Below are positions 10,939 through 22,189 of a stretch of DNA of 32,059 bases, piece by piece. The position numbers and the translations under genes were made by a program. The notes below the pieces were generated by a model. That model did not search any database and was not told the origin of the DNA. It saw nothing but the letters and a program-made list of their open reading frames with translations. The stretch is from contig NC_068983.1 in NCBI RefSeq assembly GCF_001194135.2, forward strand, positions 162,131,553-162,163,611, written 5' to 3'. The stretch comes from Octopus bimaculoides (taxonomy: Eukaryota). Within the stretch, counting starts at the first letter, position 1; the number at the start of each line of letters is the position of its first letter.

Positions 10939-11368
10939 GCGGTGAGTTGGCACTAAACGTTAGCACTCCTGGCGAATTGGTTAGCGATATTTCGTCAGTC
11001 TTTACGTAGAGTTCAAATTCCGCCGAGGTCGACTTTACCTTTCATCCTTTCGGGGGTCGATAAATTAAGTACCAGTTACGCACTGGGGTCGATGTAATCG
11101 ACTTAATCCCTTTGTCTGTCCTTGTTTGTCCCCTCTATGTTTAGCCCCTTGTAGGCAATAAAGAAATAAGAAACGTTAGCGGGCTGGGCGAAATGCTTAG
11201 CGTTATTTCGTCTGTCTTTATGTTTTGAGTTCAAATTCCGCCGAGGTCAACTTTGCCTTTCATCCTTTAGTGCCGATAAATTAAGTACTAGTTGCGTACT
11301 GGGGTCGATCTAATCGACTGGGCCCCCTCCCCCAAAATTTTAGGCCTTGTGCCTAGTGTAGAAAAGAA
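10939..11368 (+). mobile_element. Dimeric tRNA-related SINE with target-site duplication
   Basis: Two homologous units (each with gagttcaaattccgccgagg B-box-like and cctttcatccttt...gataaattaagtac) join at ~11170. Flanking repeats: attatctttaccctttaag (10920-10938) and attatttttacccttaag (11369-11386). Confidence 0.85.
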
Positions 11369-11539
11369 ATTATTTTTACCCTTAAGATGGTAAATGTCAC
11401 ACTAAATCTAGGAATATCTACAATATAAACATAAACTCAAGTCGGGTGGCCCTTGGTGGGTGGATGTTGTCTAGGATGACCGTGGGTGTAGCAGCAGCAC
11501 CGTTCAAGATGTGAGAGTAATATTCCATTGTGTTTCACA

Positions 11540-12075
11540 ATATGGGAATTCAATATGGAAATACAATATGGAGATCGTCAATACTCAGCAAGAGCACCAA
11601 AATACGATTTTACAAAAGCAACATACTTAGCGTCCTCCTCCATGGATCCGAATATTGGAAAACAACCAAAAATATTGAAAAGAAATTGGAGGTGTTTCAA
11701 AATAAATGTTTAGGAAAACTTTCTGAAGGTCTACTGGCCGAATATGATCTCAAATAGCCAACTACTCACCAAGGCTAAGGTAAAACCAATAAGAGAAGTT
11801 ATTGAAGCAAAGAGATGGAAATGGCTGGGTCGAGTTTGTCGCTATAAACCGAACTCAATTGTCAGGATTGCTTTGTAATGGGTTCCATAATGTAAAAGAA
11901 GACGTGGCCAGCCAAAGGAAACGTGGCGGAGAACAGTAACAAAAGATCTTAAAAGCAGACGGTTAACAATGGTATAAGCTGTCAAGGATGCTTTCATAGT
12001 TAGAAGATGGAATGATCTTGCTGCGGCCTCGAGTGCCACAAGGCACAATGAGAACCAAATGAATAAATGAATGAG
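11540..12075 (+). mobile_element. 3' fragment of an RTE-clade LINE
   Basis: IWRSSILSKSTKIRFYKSNILSVLLHGSEYW...KLEVFQNKCL...KRWKWLGRV...IALxWVP...RRRGQPKETWRRTV...W. It has several stops and frameshifts. Confidence 0.9.
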
Positions 12076-12257
12076 AGTCACAGCTCTGCAGACAGTAAGT
12101 AAGTAACTGGTGAAATCTCGAATATTTTCTAGTGTTAACGACGAAAACCAATTAATGTGACGCAGTTTTTATATCGTTGTGTGGTCAGCAGAAGACATCT
12201 TCTGTCATGGCGAAGCAGAGCACTTGAGGGATTTCTCTGTGCGTTCTNNNNNNNNNN

Positions 12258-12302
<45 letters not shown>

Positions 12303-12305
12303 ATA

Positions 12306-12339
<34 letters not shown>

Positions 12340-12340
12340 C

Positions 12341-12373
12341 TATAGTAGAAGACACTTGCCCAAGGTGCCACGC
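12341..12373 (-). mobile_element. 33-bp SINE fragment (same family as 12727-12890)
   Basis: Reverse complement gcgtggcaccttgggcaagtgtcttctactata matches ~12795-12825. Confidence 0.7.
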
Positions 12374-12726
12374 CTATGAGTCAGAGTTATGCTTTATTTT
12401 TTATTTATAGCTGACACTGGTGGATATTCTGGAGATCTGTGTTTGTGGCACGAGGTGTCAAGGTGACACGTTGGTCACGTTTAGGTAGAGAAGGTCAACG
12501 AACGATGAAGGGTGACGTCAAATGTACAGAAGTAGGCGTTTAAAGGTGACCGCAACAATGTCTTTGAAGCATAGGGGGCGCTGTGTGATGGACTAAACCG
12601 AACTCTTTGGCACAACATATAGCAGCAGTTTCGGCCTGCTAACTTTCAGTATGCTGGTTGAAGCTTCGAAGTTACTGTCACCACTCTTGTATAATAAGTA
12701 ACTATTCTACAAAATAGTATTGAATA

Positions 12727-13625
12727 TGCGCAGGAGTGAGTATGTGGTAAGAAGCTTGCTTCCCAACCACATGGTTCTGGGTTCAGTCCCCCTACGTGGC
12801 ACCTTGGGCAAGTGTCTTCTACTTTAACCTCAGGCCGACCAAAATCTTCCGAGAGGATTTGGTAGACGGAAACTGAAAGAAGCCCGTCGTGTATATATAT
12901 ATATATATNNNNNNNNNNNNNNNNNNNNNNNNNNNNNNNNNNNNNNNNNNNNNNNNNNNNNNNNNNNNNNNNNNNNNNNNNNNNNNNNNNNNNNNNNNNN
13001 NNNNNNNNNNNNNNNNNNNNNNNNNNNNNNNNNNNNNNNNNNNNNNNNNNNNNNNNNNNNNNNNNNNNNNNNNNNNNNNNNNNNNNNNNNNNNNNNNNNN
13101 NNNNNNNNNNNNNNNNNNNNNNNNNNNNNNNNNNNNNNNNNNNNNNNNNNNNNNNNNNNNNNNNNNNNNNNNNNNNNNNNNNNNNNNNNNNNNNNNNNNN
13201 NNNNNNNNNNNNNNNNNNNNNNNNNNNNNNNNNNNNNNNNNNNNNNNNNNNNNNNNNNNNNNNNNNNNNNNNNNNNNNNNNNNNNNNNNNNNNNNNNNNN
13301 NNNNNNNNNNNNNNNNNNNNNNNNNNNNNNNNNNNNNNNNNNNNNNNNNNNNNNNNNNNNNNNNNNNNNNNNNNNNNNNNNNNNNNNNNNNNNNNNNNNN
13401 NNNNNNNNNNNNNNNNNNNNNNNNNNNNNNNNNNNNNNNNNNNNNNNNNNNNNNNNNNNNNNNNNNNNNNNNNNNNNNNNNNNNNNNNNNNNNNNNNNNN
13501 NNNNNNNNNNNNNNNNNNNNNNNNNNNNNNNNNNNNNNNNNNNNNNNNNNNNNNNNNNNNNNNNNNNGTCATCGACTTACCCCCTCTCCGAAATTGCTAG
13601 CCTTGTCCCAAACATTTGAAACCAT
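12727..13625 (+). mobile_element. tRNA-derived SINE with a CORE-like segment, interrupted by an N-gap
   Basis: Head gcgcaggagtgagtatgtggtaag, B-box-like gggttcagtccc, CORE-like ccttgggcaagtgtctt, then (TA)n and the gap 12909-13567. The sequence at 13568-13625 resembles the tail of the SINE unit ending ~11360. Linkage across the gap is assumed. Confidence 0.75.
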
Positions 13626-14305
13626 TATTATATAGAATATGTGTGCGCGTGCGTGCGTGTGTGTGTGTGTGTGTGTGTGTGTATTAACAAGAAGAAAAAG
13701 AAATTTATTATTAGTTAATTATTTTGGTGCGTTTCTTATGCTTTTACACATGAATGATTTGATACGAAAACTTAAGCAATATTTGCGGTTAGTTACGTAG
13801 TTACATGGGTGTGGTACCACGTCAGCCTGGTATCAATAGGTGCGCTCTTACACACACACACGCACATGTTTTATTATATTATATTATCGACCGCACGTAC
13901 TCAAAGTGTTTGTTTTGTTTCCTTGTTCGCCGATCGAATTCAGGAGTGAGAGATACAGGTATTTTGTCATATTTGTGGTTTATCAATAGCATATACTTGA
14001 ATCGAACTTGGAACGATTCCGAATCGCCAGTCTATGTATAATGTATAATGTATAATGTATAATGTATAATCGCCAGTCTATGACTATGTATAAGCAGTGT
14101 AAAAAACTATCTGCTGGTAAGCCACGGTTATGCAGGCATAAAATTAAATTCAATAACGAATTAAAAGCAGAGCTAGTGTTGGAAATATCATCGATCTCAC
14201 ATAATCAATCTATGTGTTTTGCTTATTTGCCGTTCGAAGCAGCATAGCGCCTGAGAGACGACTCCCTCATTACGCTAGGGGGTAATACATATATACATAC
14301 ATACG

Positions 14306-14351
<46 letters not shown>

Positions 14352-14468
14352 CATACATATATATGTACACACACATACACACATACACACACACACAAAC
14401 ATACACACACACGCACCCACGCACGCACACACACACACACAAACACACACACAAAGACACACACACAA

Positions 14469-14536
<68 letters not shown>

Positions 14537-14537
<1 letters not shown>

Positions 14538-14780
14538 GCTCAACTTTACAGAAAACAAAGCACGAATACAGGTGCAGGAACAACAAGCAGGTGTGTTAGT
14601 ATAACACTTGGGAAAAATGGAAAAGTCTTCTACGTCTCGAACCTACGCTCTTCGACAGAAAGAATTAAGAGGGGAAAAATGGAAAGAGAATGAAAAAAAA
14701 AACGGAGAGAGAAACATGTGTAGAATTCAACGATCCCATATGGCGAGATGACTGGAAAAAAAGAGGCTGAATGAAAGGGA
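14537..14780 (-). mobile_element. Short repeat with a hammerhead-like core, copy 2
   Basis: Minus strand 14663-14626: tcttt-CTGTCGA-A-GAGC-gtag-GTTC-GAGA-CGT-A-gaaga. Downstream sequence is homologous to copies 1 and 3. Confidence 0.7.
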
Positions 14781-14892
<112 letters not shown>

Positions 14893-15300
14893 GTGCGACC
14901 ATGGGATAGAGAATAGGAAACTAGACACAGTGTTATTTGAGAAAGAAAACAAACGATGCTGGATAATAGACATAGCATGTCCAGCTGACAACAAGGTATG
15001 TGACAAGGAAAAAAGAAAAGTCGAGAGATATGACATGTTAGCTTGGGAGGTTAAGCAGTTGTGGTCGATGAAAAAGGTAGCAGTAGTACCAATAATTGTC
15101 GGGGCCCTGGGTAAGAATCTTGAGAAGTACGTGGAACAAATAGGGGCTGCAATAAGGGTGGAGCACTTACAGGAAACAGCACTGGTTGGAACCGCTCGAA
15201 TACTCCGGAAGGTACTCGAGAAATAAGAGGTGTTACCTTAGTTCCCTGGTATTGAACAGCTGGCACTGTAGTACATCTCCAGCGTTAGCTGTGCAAAAGC
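14893..15300 (+). mobile_element. 5'-truncated R4/Dong-like non-LTR element embedded in (AAT)n
   Basis: Open frame 14894-15226: CDHGIENRKLDTVLFEKENKRCWIIDIACPADNKVCDKEKRKVERY...VVPIIVGALG...LQETALVGTARILRKVLEK* (RLE domain). The 3' UTR is 74 bp and (AAT)10 follows at 15301-15330. Confidence 0.92.
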
Positions 15301-15332
<32 letters not shown>

Positions 15333-15339
15333 TAACGGT

Positions 15340-17937
15340 AACGGTGACCCCAACGAACTAAAGTGCGCAAGCGAGCGTTTGTATGTGAAAATAGTGTGTA
15401 TGAGTGCGTATGTGTGAATGGGGGCGAATGTGTGAGTACGTATATGTGGGTGAGTGTGTATGTGTGTGTGTGCGTATGGACGTGTGTATATGTGTGAGTA
15501 TGTGTATGGACGTCTGTATAAGTGTGAGACTAACGTGTGTATGCTGTGTGGAGTAGTTGATTTGTNNNNNNNNNNTATGTGTGAGTATGTGTATGGACGT
15601 CTGTATAAGTGTGAGACTAACGTGTGTATGCTGTGTGGAGTAGTTGATTTGTGCTTGTTCAGGTGGTGTGTGCACATGTGTACGTGTGTGACCAAATAGT
15701 GTGCATGTATATAATGTGCTTGTGGCAAAAGTTATTTGTGTGTATGCGGGTTGCGTGTGTGTGTGTGCATATATTCTCTGTGTTCAGGCGTTATGTGTTT
15801 GTGTGGGTGTGGCAGTGTGTGTGATGGTATGTGGTGTGGGTGCTGAGAAGTGTTCGGTGCTAGTGTGTGTGGAGTGGGAAGGTAGTTTTGAGTGTATGTG
15901 TAATGGTGTGTGATGTGAGTAATGAATTGAACAGTATGTGTGGGTGTTTGTATAGTGGTGTGTGTGTGTGTGTGTGTGTGGTGAGGGTACCGAGGTAAGT
16001 GGCATGCAGGTGTATAGGTATAGAGGGTAGTTGAATGTGGGAGGTGCGTGGGAATCCATGTGGGGTTAGTGTCAGATGAAGAGAGGCAGTGAGTTGAGCC
16101 CATACGACACAAAGGAACGAAGAGAGAAGATTAATTTTTGTTCACGGTGAAGGCGGGAGTCCGGGTGCCCTCTCTGTAAAGACAGTTCGAACACAGACAG
16201 ATGTTGTAGCGAATGACCAGTAGAGCGAAAGTGGCGCGAGACCGGGGTGTCAGTGCCGAGTCTGATGTCTCGGAGGTGCTCCGTGAACCGGTCAGCCAAG
16301 GGGCGTCCCGTTTGACCAACGTACAGGGAAGGAGAAAGAGAGTAGGAGATGCAGTTAATAACATTATTGTAGGTGCGGGTAAAGGAGTCGGTGAATATTA
16401 CGGATGGTGATGGGTGATGGTGTTGATGGTGATGTTGGAGAAGTAGGGGCAGGTGCGACAGCATGGGCGAGAGCAGGGGAAGAAGCCAAGCAGGGAAGCA
16501 GGAGTAGGGAAGAAACTATGGACCAGAAGTAAGAGTGGGGTGAGTGCGAAGAGAAGGAGCAGAGACACGGTTCACAGATCATGCCCGAACAAGGACAGTG
16601 TGGATAAGGGTGATGGGATATCCACGTAGGATGAAGTGGCGAGCCATGAGTCTCAAAGTCATAGTCGTCACTGCAGAGCCTGCGTAAACGGAAGAATTGG
16701 GAGTAGGGAATGGAGAACTTGGTGTGGGTAGGGTGGGGGAGGAGAAGTTAAGGTGGGAGTGAGAGTTAGCGTGTTTATAGTGGATAGAGGTGGTGAGAGC
16801 AGAGTGGTGTATGTTGACTGAAATGTCGAGAAATTCGACGGAAGAGTTAGAGACAGTGCAGGAGAATTCGAGAGCAGGATAGCAAGATTGGACAAAGGAG
16901 AGGAAGAAGTCCAGATATTCGCGGGAGTGTGAAGTAGCGCTAATACAGTCATCAATATAACGACCGTATAGCTTGGGAGTAGACCTGTGAATTGTGAGAA
17001 TATTTGGGCCTCAACATAGCCAACGAACAGGTTCGCATAGTTGAGGCCCATTCTCGTTCCCATAGTCACTCCTTAGACAGTTCGCAAAACTCCTTCGCGA
17101 ATGAGAAGCAGTTGAGGGAGAGAACAAGTTCGGCCGAAAGAAGAAGTGTGGAGGTGTCAGGCTGAGGGTCTGGCCGAAGGTCAAGTAAGTGTTTAAGCGC
17201 AAGAAGGCCTTTGTTGTGTGGGATCGTCGTATACAGAGACTTAATGTCTTGAGTAAACAGAAGTTTAGAAGGACCAGAAGGGAAGGAGAAAGAGTTAAGC
17301 AGACGAAGAGCATGATTGGTGTCGTGAATGTATGATAGGAGGGAAGCTACTATGAGGGAAAGGACACGGTCGAGGTATTTGGAGATGCATTTCGGTGGGG
17401 CAGTTGCAGGCGGAGACGATGGGGTGGCTAGGGTTGTTGGGCTTGTGGATTTTGGGGGAAAGAAAAATGATGGTGGGGGTACATGGGGTACGGACAACGA
17501 GGTTGGAGGCGGTGGAAGGAAGATGGGAGGAGGAAATGAGGTCATGAATGGTGGAGGACACGGTCCATTAGTAGTTAGGCGTGGAGTTGGCGGGCAGAGG
17601 GCAATCGAAGGAGGTGTCTTGAAGTTAACGGAGTGCTTCAGCCCTCTAAAGGTTTGCACGCCACACCACTACAGCTCCACCCTTGTCGGCCGATCTGATG
17701 ATGATATCTTTGCGGCGTCGGAGACATCGAAGGGCCGAGAGTTCGGCCGGGAAGGTGTTAAAATGTCGGGGACGCTTGCTAAAGTTGAACCGGTCCACAA
17801 CGCGTTGACAGATATTTGCAAATTAGTTGGGACTGACCAAGAGCTGGCGTCCAGTAGTACGGTCAGTGGCCCAGGTCGGTGAAGCATTCTTCTTCATTAG
17901 ATGTTGATGGTGTGTTGCGGAATAGTTCATGTGGCCT
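15340..17937 (-). mobile_element. Penelope-like element, Neptune type (RT, Cys-rich linker, GIY-YIG), decayed and cut by an N-gap
   Basis: Motifs DIIIRSADKGGAVVVW, PKIHKPNNP..PIVSACNCPTE, TQDIKSLYTTIPH and MGTRMGLNYANLFVG; linker GFFPCSRPCCRTCPYF (~16440-16490); endonuclease NVINCISYSL.PSLYVGQTGRPLADRFTEH...PVSRHF...HS ending at 16072. The 15340-16070 CA-rich extension is assigned with lower certainty. Confidence 0.93.
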
Positions 17938-18552
17938 NNNNNNNNNNNNNNNNNNNNNNNNNNNNNNNNNNNNNNNNNNNNNNNNNNNNNNNNNNNNNNN
18001 NNNNNNNNNNNNNNNNNNNNNNNNNNNNNNNNNNNNNNNNNNNNNNNNNNNNNNNNNNNNNNNNNNNNNNNNNNNNNNNNNNNNNNNNNNNNNNNNNNNN
18101 NNNNNNNNNNNNNNNNNNNNNNNNNNNNNNNNNNNNNNNNNNNNNNNNNNNNNNNNNNNNNNNNNNNNNNNNNNNNNNNNNNNNNNNNNNNNNNNNNNNN
18201 NNNNNNNNNNNNNNNNNNNNNNNNNNNNNNNNNNNNNNNNNNNNNNNNNNNNNNNNNNNNNNNNNNNNNNNNNNNNNNNNNNNNNNNNNNNNNNNNNNNN
18301 NNNNNNNNNNNNNNNNNNNNNNNNNNNNNNNNNNNNNNNNNNNNNNNNNNNNNNNNNNNNNNNNNNNNNNNNNNNNNNNNNNNNNNNNNNNNNNNNNNNN
18401 NNNNNNNNNNNNNNNNNNNNNNNNNNNNNNNNNNNNNNNNNNNNNNNNNNNNNNNNNNNNNNNNNNNNNNNNNNNNNNNNNNNNNNNNNNNNNNNNNNNN
18501 NNNNNNNNNNNNNNNNNNNNNNNNNNNNNNNNNNNNNNNNNNNNNNNNNNNN

Positions 18553-18604
<52 letters not shown>

Positions 18605-19528
18605 TATGTATGTGTTTCTCCGGCTTTATTTCTTCTACTTACACTTTCGCTTCTAAAAGTGCTGGGTTACAGATAAAGGGAACGCCATAATAAATATTTA
18701 CTGATCTTCAAATGAAAATTTATTATTCATGATATCATACAATGCCATATGGTTGCCATTTTGAGTATAGTATATATATATATATGAAAAAGTGAATTTG
18801 GGTGCGCTGAGCACGAATTTTTACTCGGTTTTGCTATGTCAGATCCTGCTTTTTTGATAAAATTCATAAAAGCGAGTCTCTTGTCGCTTTTGTCAACGCT
18901 TTTCCAAATGCCGACAAATAGGCACCTGACACTTTTCGCTGTGTATAATCTTATCTGTGAACTCATGTACAAGTACGCTTGACTAGCTTTGAATAGAAAT
19001 AAAGAAGGTGAGTTTGATCGAATGGGTGTCAGAGAAGAATGGTTTGATAGAATTTAATTTGTGTTAAGAAATCGATTTTTGTTTATCAATAATGAACTTT
19101 TGACACAGTTGTTTTTTCCGTACATGTGTGACGAGAGCCCACTAACCATGAGATCGATTGCTACTTTTGCCTTGTCAAAACTTCGGGCTTCACTAAGAAA
19201 ATAAGCGTTGTATCGAGTATCCAAATTTCAACACCGCGATATGACCTGTGCTACATTCAAATGAGACACCCATTCCAATTATTTAAGAGTCTACCNNNNN
19301 NNNNNNNNNNNNNNNNNNNNNNNNNNNNNNNNNNNNNNNNNNNNNNNNNNNNNNNNNNNNNNNNNNNNNNNNNNNNNNNNNNNNNNNNNNNNNNNNNNNN
19401 NNNNNNNNNNNNNNNNNNNNNNNNNNNNNNNNNNNNNNNNNNNNNNNNNNNNNNNNNNNNNNNNNNNNNNNNNNNNNNNGACCTGTGCTACATTCAAATG
19501 AGACACCCATTCCAATTATTTAAGAGTC

Positions 19529-19823
19529 TACCACCTCTTTGGCCCCATGAAAGAGGGTTTGAGAGGCAAACATTATTCCAGTGACGAGGAAGTGAAAGCA
19601 GTAGTGAAGTGGCTCAAAGAACAGTCAACAGAATTTTATGGGGCAGGGATACATGCTCTCATTCGAAGGTGGAACATTGCTATTGAGAGAAATGGTGACC
19701 ATGTTGAGAAGTAGGGATGTGATCCACAGAGGACCAGGTTCATTTTAATGTATGATACGTGTTCCTGTGTTGGTAATTATACCTGTCCTAAACAAAACGG
19801 CATTACTTTTTGACTCACCCTCG
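19529..19823 (+). mobile_element. mariner transposon 3' end nested in the Chapaev3-like element
   Basis: 19529-19714 reads YHLFGPMKEGLRGKHYSSDEEVKAVVKWLKEQSTEFYGAGIHALIRRWNIAIERNGDHVEK*. The right TIR ...attactttttgactcaccctcg is followed by TA (19824-19825). Confidence 0.92.
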
Positions 19824-20639
19824 TATGAACATATAGAAAAGGTTTTAAATATTATCAAATATAGGGAGCACGAGTGGATCAAATGTGTCGACTTTAAAAT
19901 GGTTAATTTTCTGTTAGGACAACCAATAAACTAAATATCCCTGCTTCCTTTGCTTATGGGACAGCAGAGCCAAGGAAGAACATTATTTCAAACAAATCTG
20001 GCCAGCACGAACATCACAACGTAATTAATCCACCTTTAGTGACCAGAGAGAAAATCATATTTCCTGGTCTGCATATCAAACTAAGCTTCATGAAACAATA
20101 TGTAAAAGCTTTAGATACGAACGTCGAGTATTTCAAATACATAACTTCAAGATTTCCAAGTTTAAGTTTTGAAAAAATCGAGGCAGGAATTTTTTGACAC
20201 TAATTAAAGACTACGATTTTCCTAATGTCGTGAATGAACACACACACAAAAATTGCCCAGTTTTCATTCGTGGATAACTACGAAGAAATCGTAAAAAAAA
20301 AACTTTTAAGGGTTCCAAAGAGTTAGGTTGCAATATGAGCGTAAAATTACATTTTTTTGAATAGCCATCGATACCAATTTCCAAGTAATTTAGGTGTTGT
20401 GCGTGACGAAGAAGGGGAGAGATTCCACCAATATATCAAGTTTATGGAGGAGCGGCACCAAGGACTCTGGAATCCCAACATAATGGCTGATTACTGTTGG
20501 TGCTTGCAAAGAGACTTGCTATCAACACGGAAATACGCCAGAAAGTCTTATAAAAGAACATTTTTGCCAGAGTGAAAGCTTCGTATCTCTTTATTTTAAG
20601 TCATTCCTATCATTGTAATTTGATCGCTTGCCACTAAAC

Positions 20640-20815
20640 CGTTTTTATTTTCTCTCTCTGTTTATTTCTGTGTTCCTTTCTGTTGAAGAGCATAGACTCG
20701 AAATGTAAAAGACTTTCTCACTTCCCAAGCGTTAAACTAATACATCTATTTATTGTTTACACACTCGTCTTCGTTTTCTGTTTTGTTTTTTGTTTTTCTT
20801 TGTAAATTCCAACTA
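20640..20815 (+). mobile_element. Short repeat with a hammerhead-like core, copy 3, inside the Chapaev3 3' region
   Basis: 20676-20711: cttt-CTGTTGA-A-GAGC-atag-ACTC-GAAA-TGT-A-aaag. Confidence 0.7.
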
Positions 20816-21066
20816 ATTTTACAGTAGTTTGAACTGCTTCTATTCATGAAACTTGAAAATAAATTTGAACACATGACTTAAGTTTTTAGTCCTAATTTGA
20901 AAAATCTGGAAAATGGCACATAGACTCTTGACAAGAATCAGGACCTGATAGAGCCAGATCGAGTTAAAATTCATATTTAGCGCACCCAAATTACTTAGAA
21001 TCAAGTGTCGGATATTATTCAATAAAATATGTGTTCCCTAGTATATCTTATAAACATCTGATCATT

Positions 21067-21443
21067 GGTGGCACTCCGTCGGTTACGACGACGAGGGTCC
21101 CAGCTGATCCGATCAACGGAACAGCCTGCTCGTGAACTTAACGTGCAAGCGGCTGAGCACTCCACAGACACGTGTACCCTTAACGTAGTTCTCGGGGAGA
21201 TTCAGCGTGACACAGAGTGTGACAAGGCTGACCCTTTGAATTACAGGCACAACAGAAACAGGAAGTAAGAGAAAGTTGTGGTGAAAGAGTACAGCAGGGT
21301 TCACCACCATCCCCTGCTGGGGCCTTGTGGAACTTTAGGTGTTTTCGCTCAATAAACACTCACAACGCCCGGTCTGGGAATCGAAACCGCGATCCTACGA
21401 CCGCGAGTCCTCTGCCCTAACCACTGGGCCATTGCGCCTCCAC
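21067..21443 (-). mobile_element. tRNA-derived SINE
   Basis: Head gtggaggcgcaatggcccagtggttaggg (A box) ... ggtttcgattccc (B box). The 3' ~175 bp is homologous to the 3' part of the SINE at 28264-28588. Confidence 0.9.
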
Positions 21444-21983
21444 TGTTTTTGTAATATATCTACGTAATTACGTAAAAGAAATGGCAATGATCAAAGAAAG
21501 ATTTCAAGCTACGTCTGATCATTAAAGTGGAAAAATTATCAGAAAAGTCATTCCTATTCAGTTTTTTTTTTAACATGTCATACTGCACCAAGGACTTTTA
21601 TTTCTTATTTTACTGCTATATTAAATGGTCGTGCATGCATATTTTATAACTCTGCGTCATAACATTGCTAATCAAGCGTTGTAGTTTTCTAAAACAAATT
21701 ATAAACACACTTAAGTATGAATTTTATTTCATAACTTCTGAAGGCGAAGTGACTGTGAGGCAATGCTGTCTTCGTTGGAAATATGAAAAGGAAAGTAGCA
21801 CGGAGGACAAAGCGGTCGTTGTCGAGGTTAAGGTCGAGGAGTTGGCCTACAAACTAAATTATTTGGCGAAAGAGAGAACAGCTGAAAACTGGTGAGGACT
21901 GGCTTTGCATTCCAATGTTTCAGAATCGATATTGTAGCGATATGTTAGTAGTATGTTATCGATATAGCTTATAAAATCAATAC

Positions 21984-22110
<127 letters not shown>

Positions 22111-22189
22111 TGTGTGTGCGAGCGTGTGAGGGTCCAGGTGATTGGTGTACATATGTGTATGTGTGTCTGTCTGTATGTGGTGTGTCTGG

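Larger units (their letters stand above)
18792..21043 (+). mobile_element. Chapaev3-like (CMC) DNA transposon remnant
   Basis: N-terminal REPTNHEIDCYFCLV and EYPNFNTAI*PVLHS (19132-19290); central YPCFLCLWDSRA and LHIKLSFMKQYVKAL; C-terminal GCNMSVKLHF...SH...DEEGERFHQ...MADYCWCLQRD (stop at 20575). Imperfect subterminal inverted repeats lie at 18792-18860 and 20928-20994. Family assignment is from recalled motifs. Confidence 0.82.

Noticed and set aside
13944-13958. Possible 15-nt micro-exon (aattcAG|GAGTGAGAGATACAG|GTATTT)
   Set aside because: The polypyrimidine tract is displaced and the donor is only moderate; this is compatible with chance.
14022-14082. 15-bp direct repeat (aatcgccagtctatg) flanking (atgtata)x5
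   Set aside because: Explained by local slippage or tandem duplication; there is no element between the repeats.
15488-15652. ~77-bp exact tandem duplication around a 10-N gap
   Set aside because: Most likely the same scaffolding artefact; it cannot be treated as a real duplication without reads.
19244-19531. 52-bp direct repeat (gacctgtgctacattc...gagtctacc) on both sides of the 19296-19479 gap, resembling an LTR or TSD
   Set aside because: It is identical sequence flanking an N-run, the typical sign of unmerged contig overlap. It lies within Chapaev3-like coding sequence.
21380-21443. tRNA-like sequence (also at 28264-28330 and 12727-12795)
   Set aside because: A and B boxes are present, but the sequence continues into SINE bodies and no complete cloverleaf was found. 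These are SINE heads, not tRNA genes.
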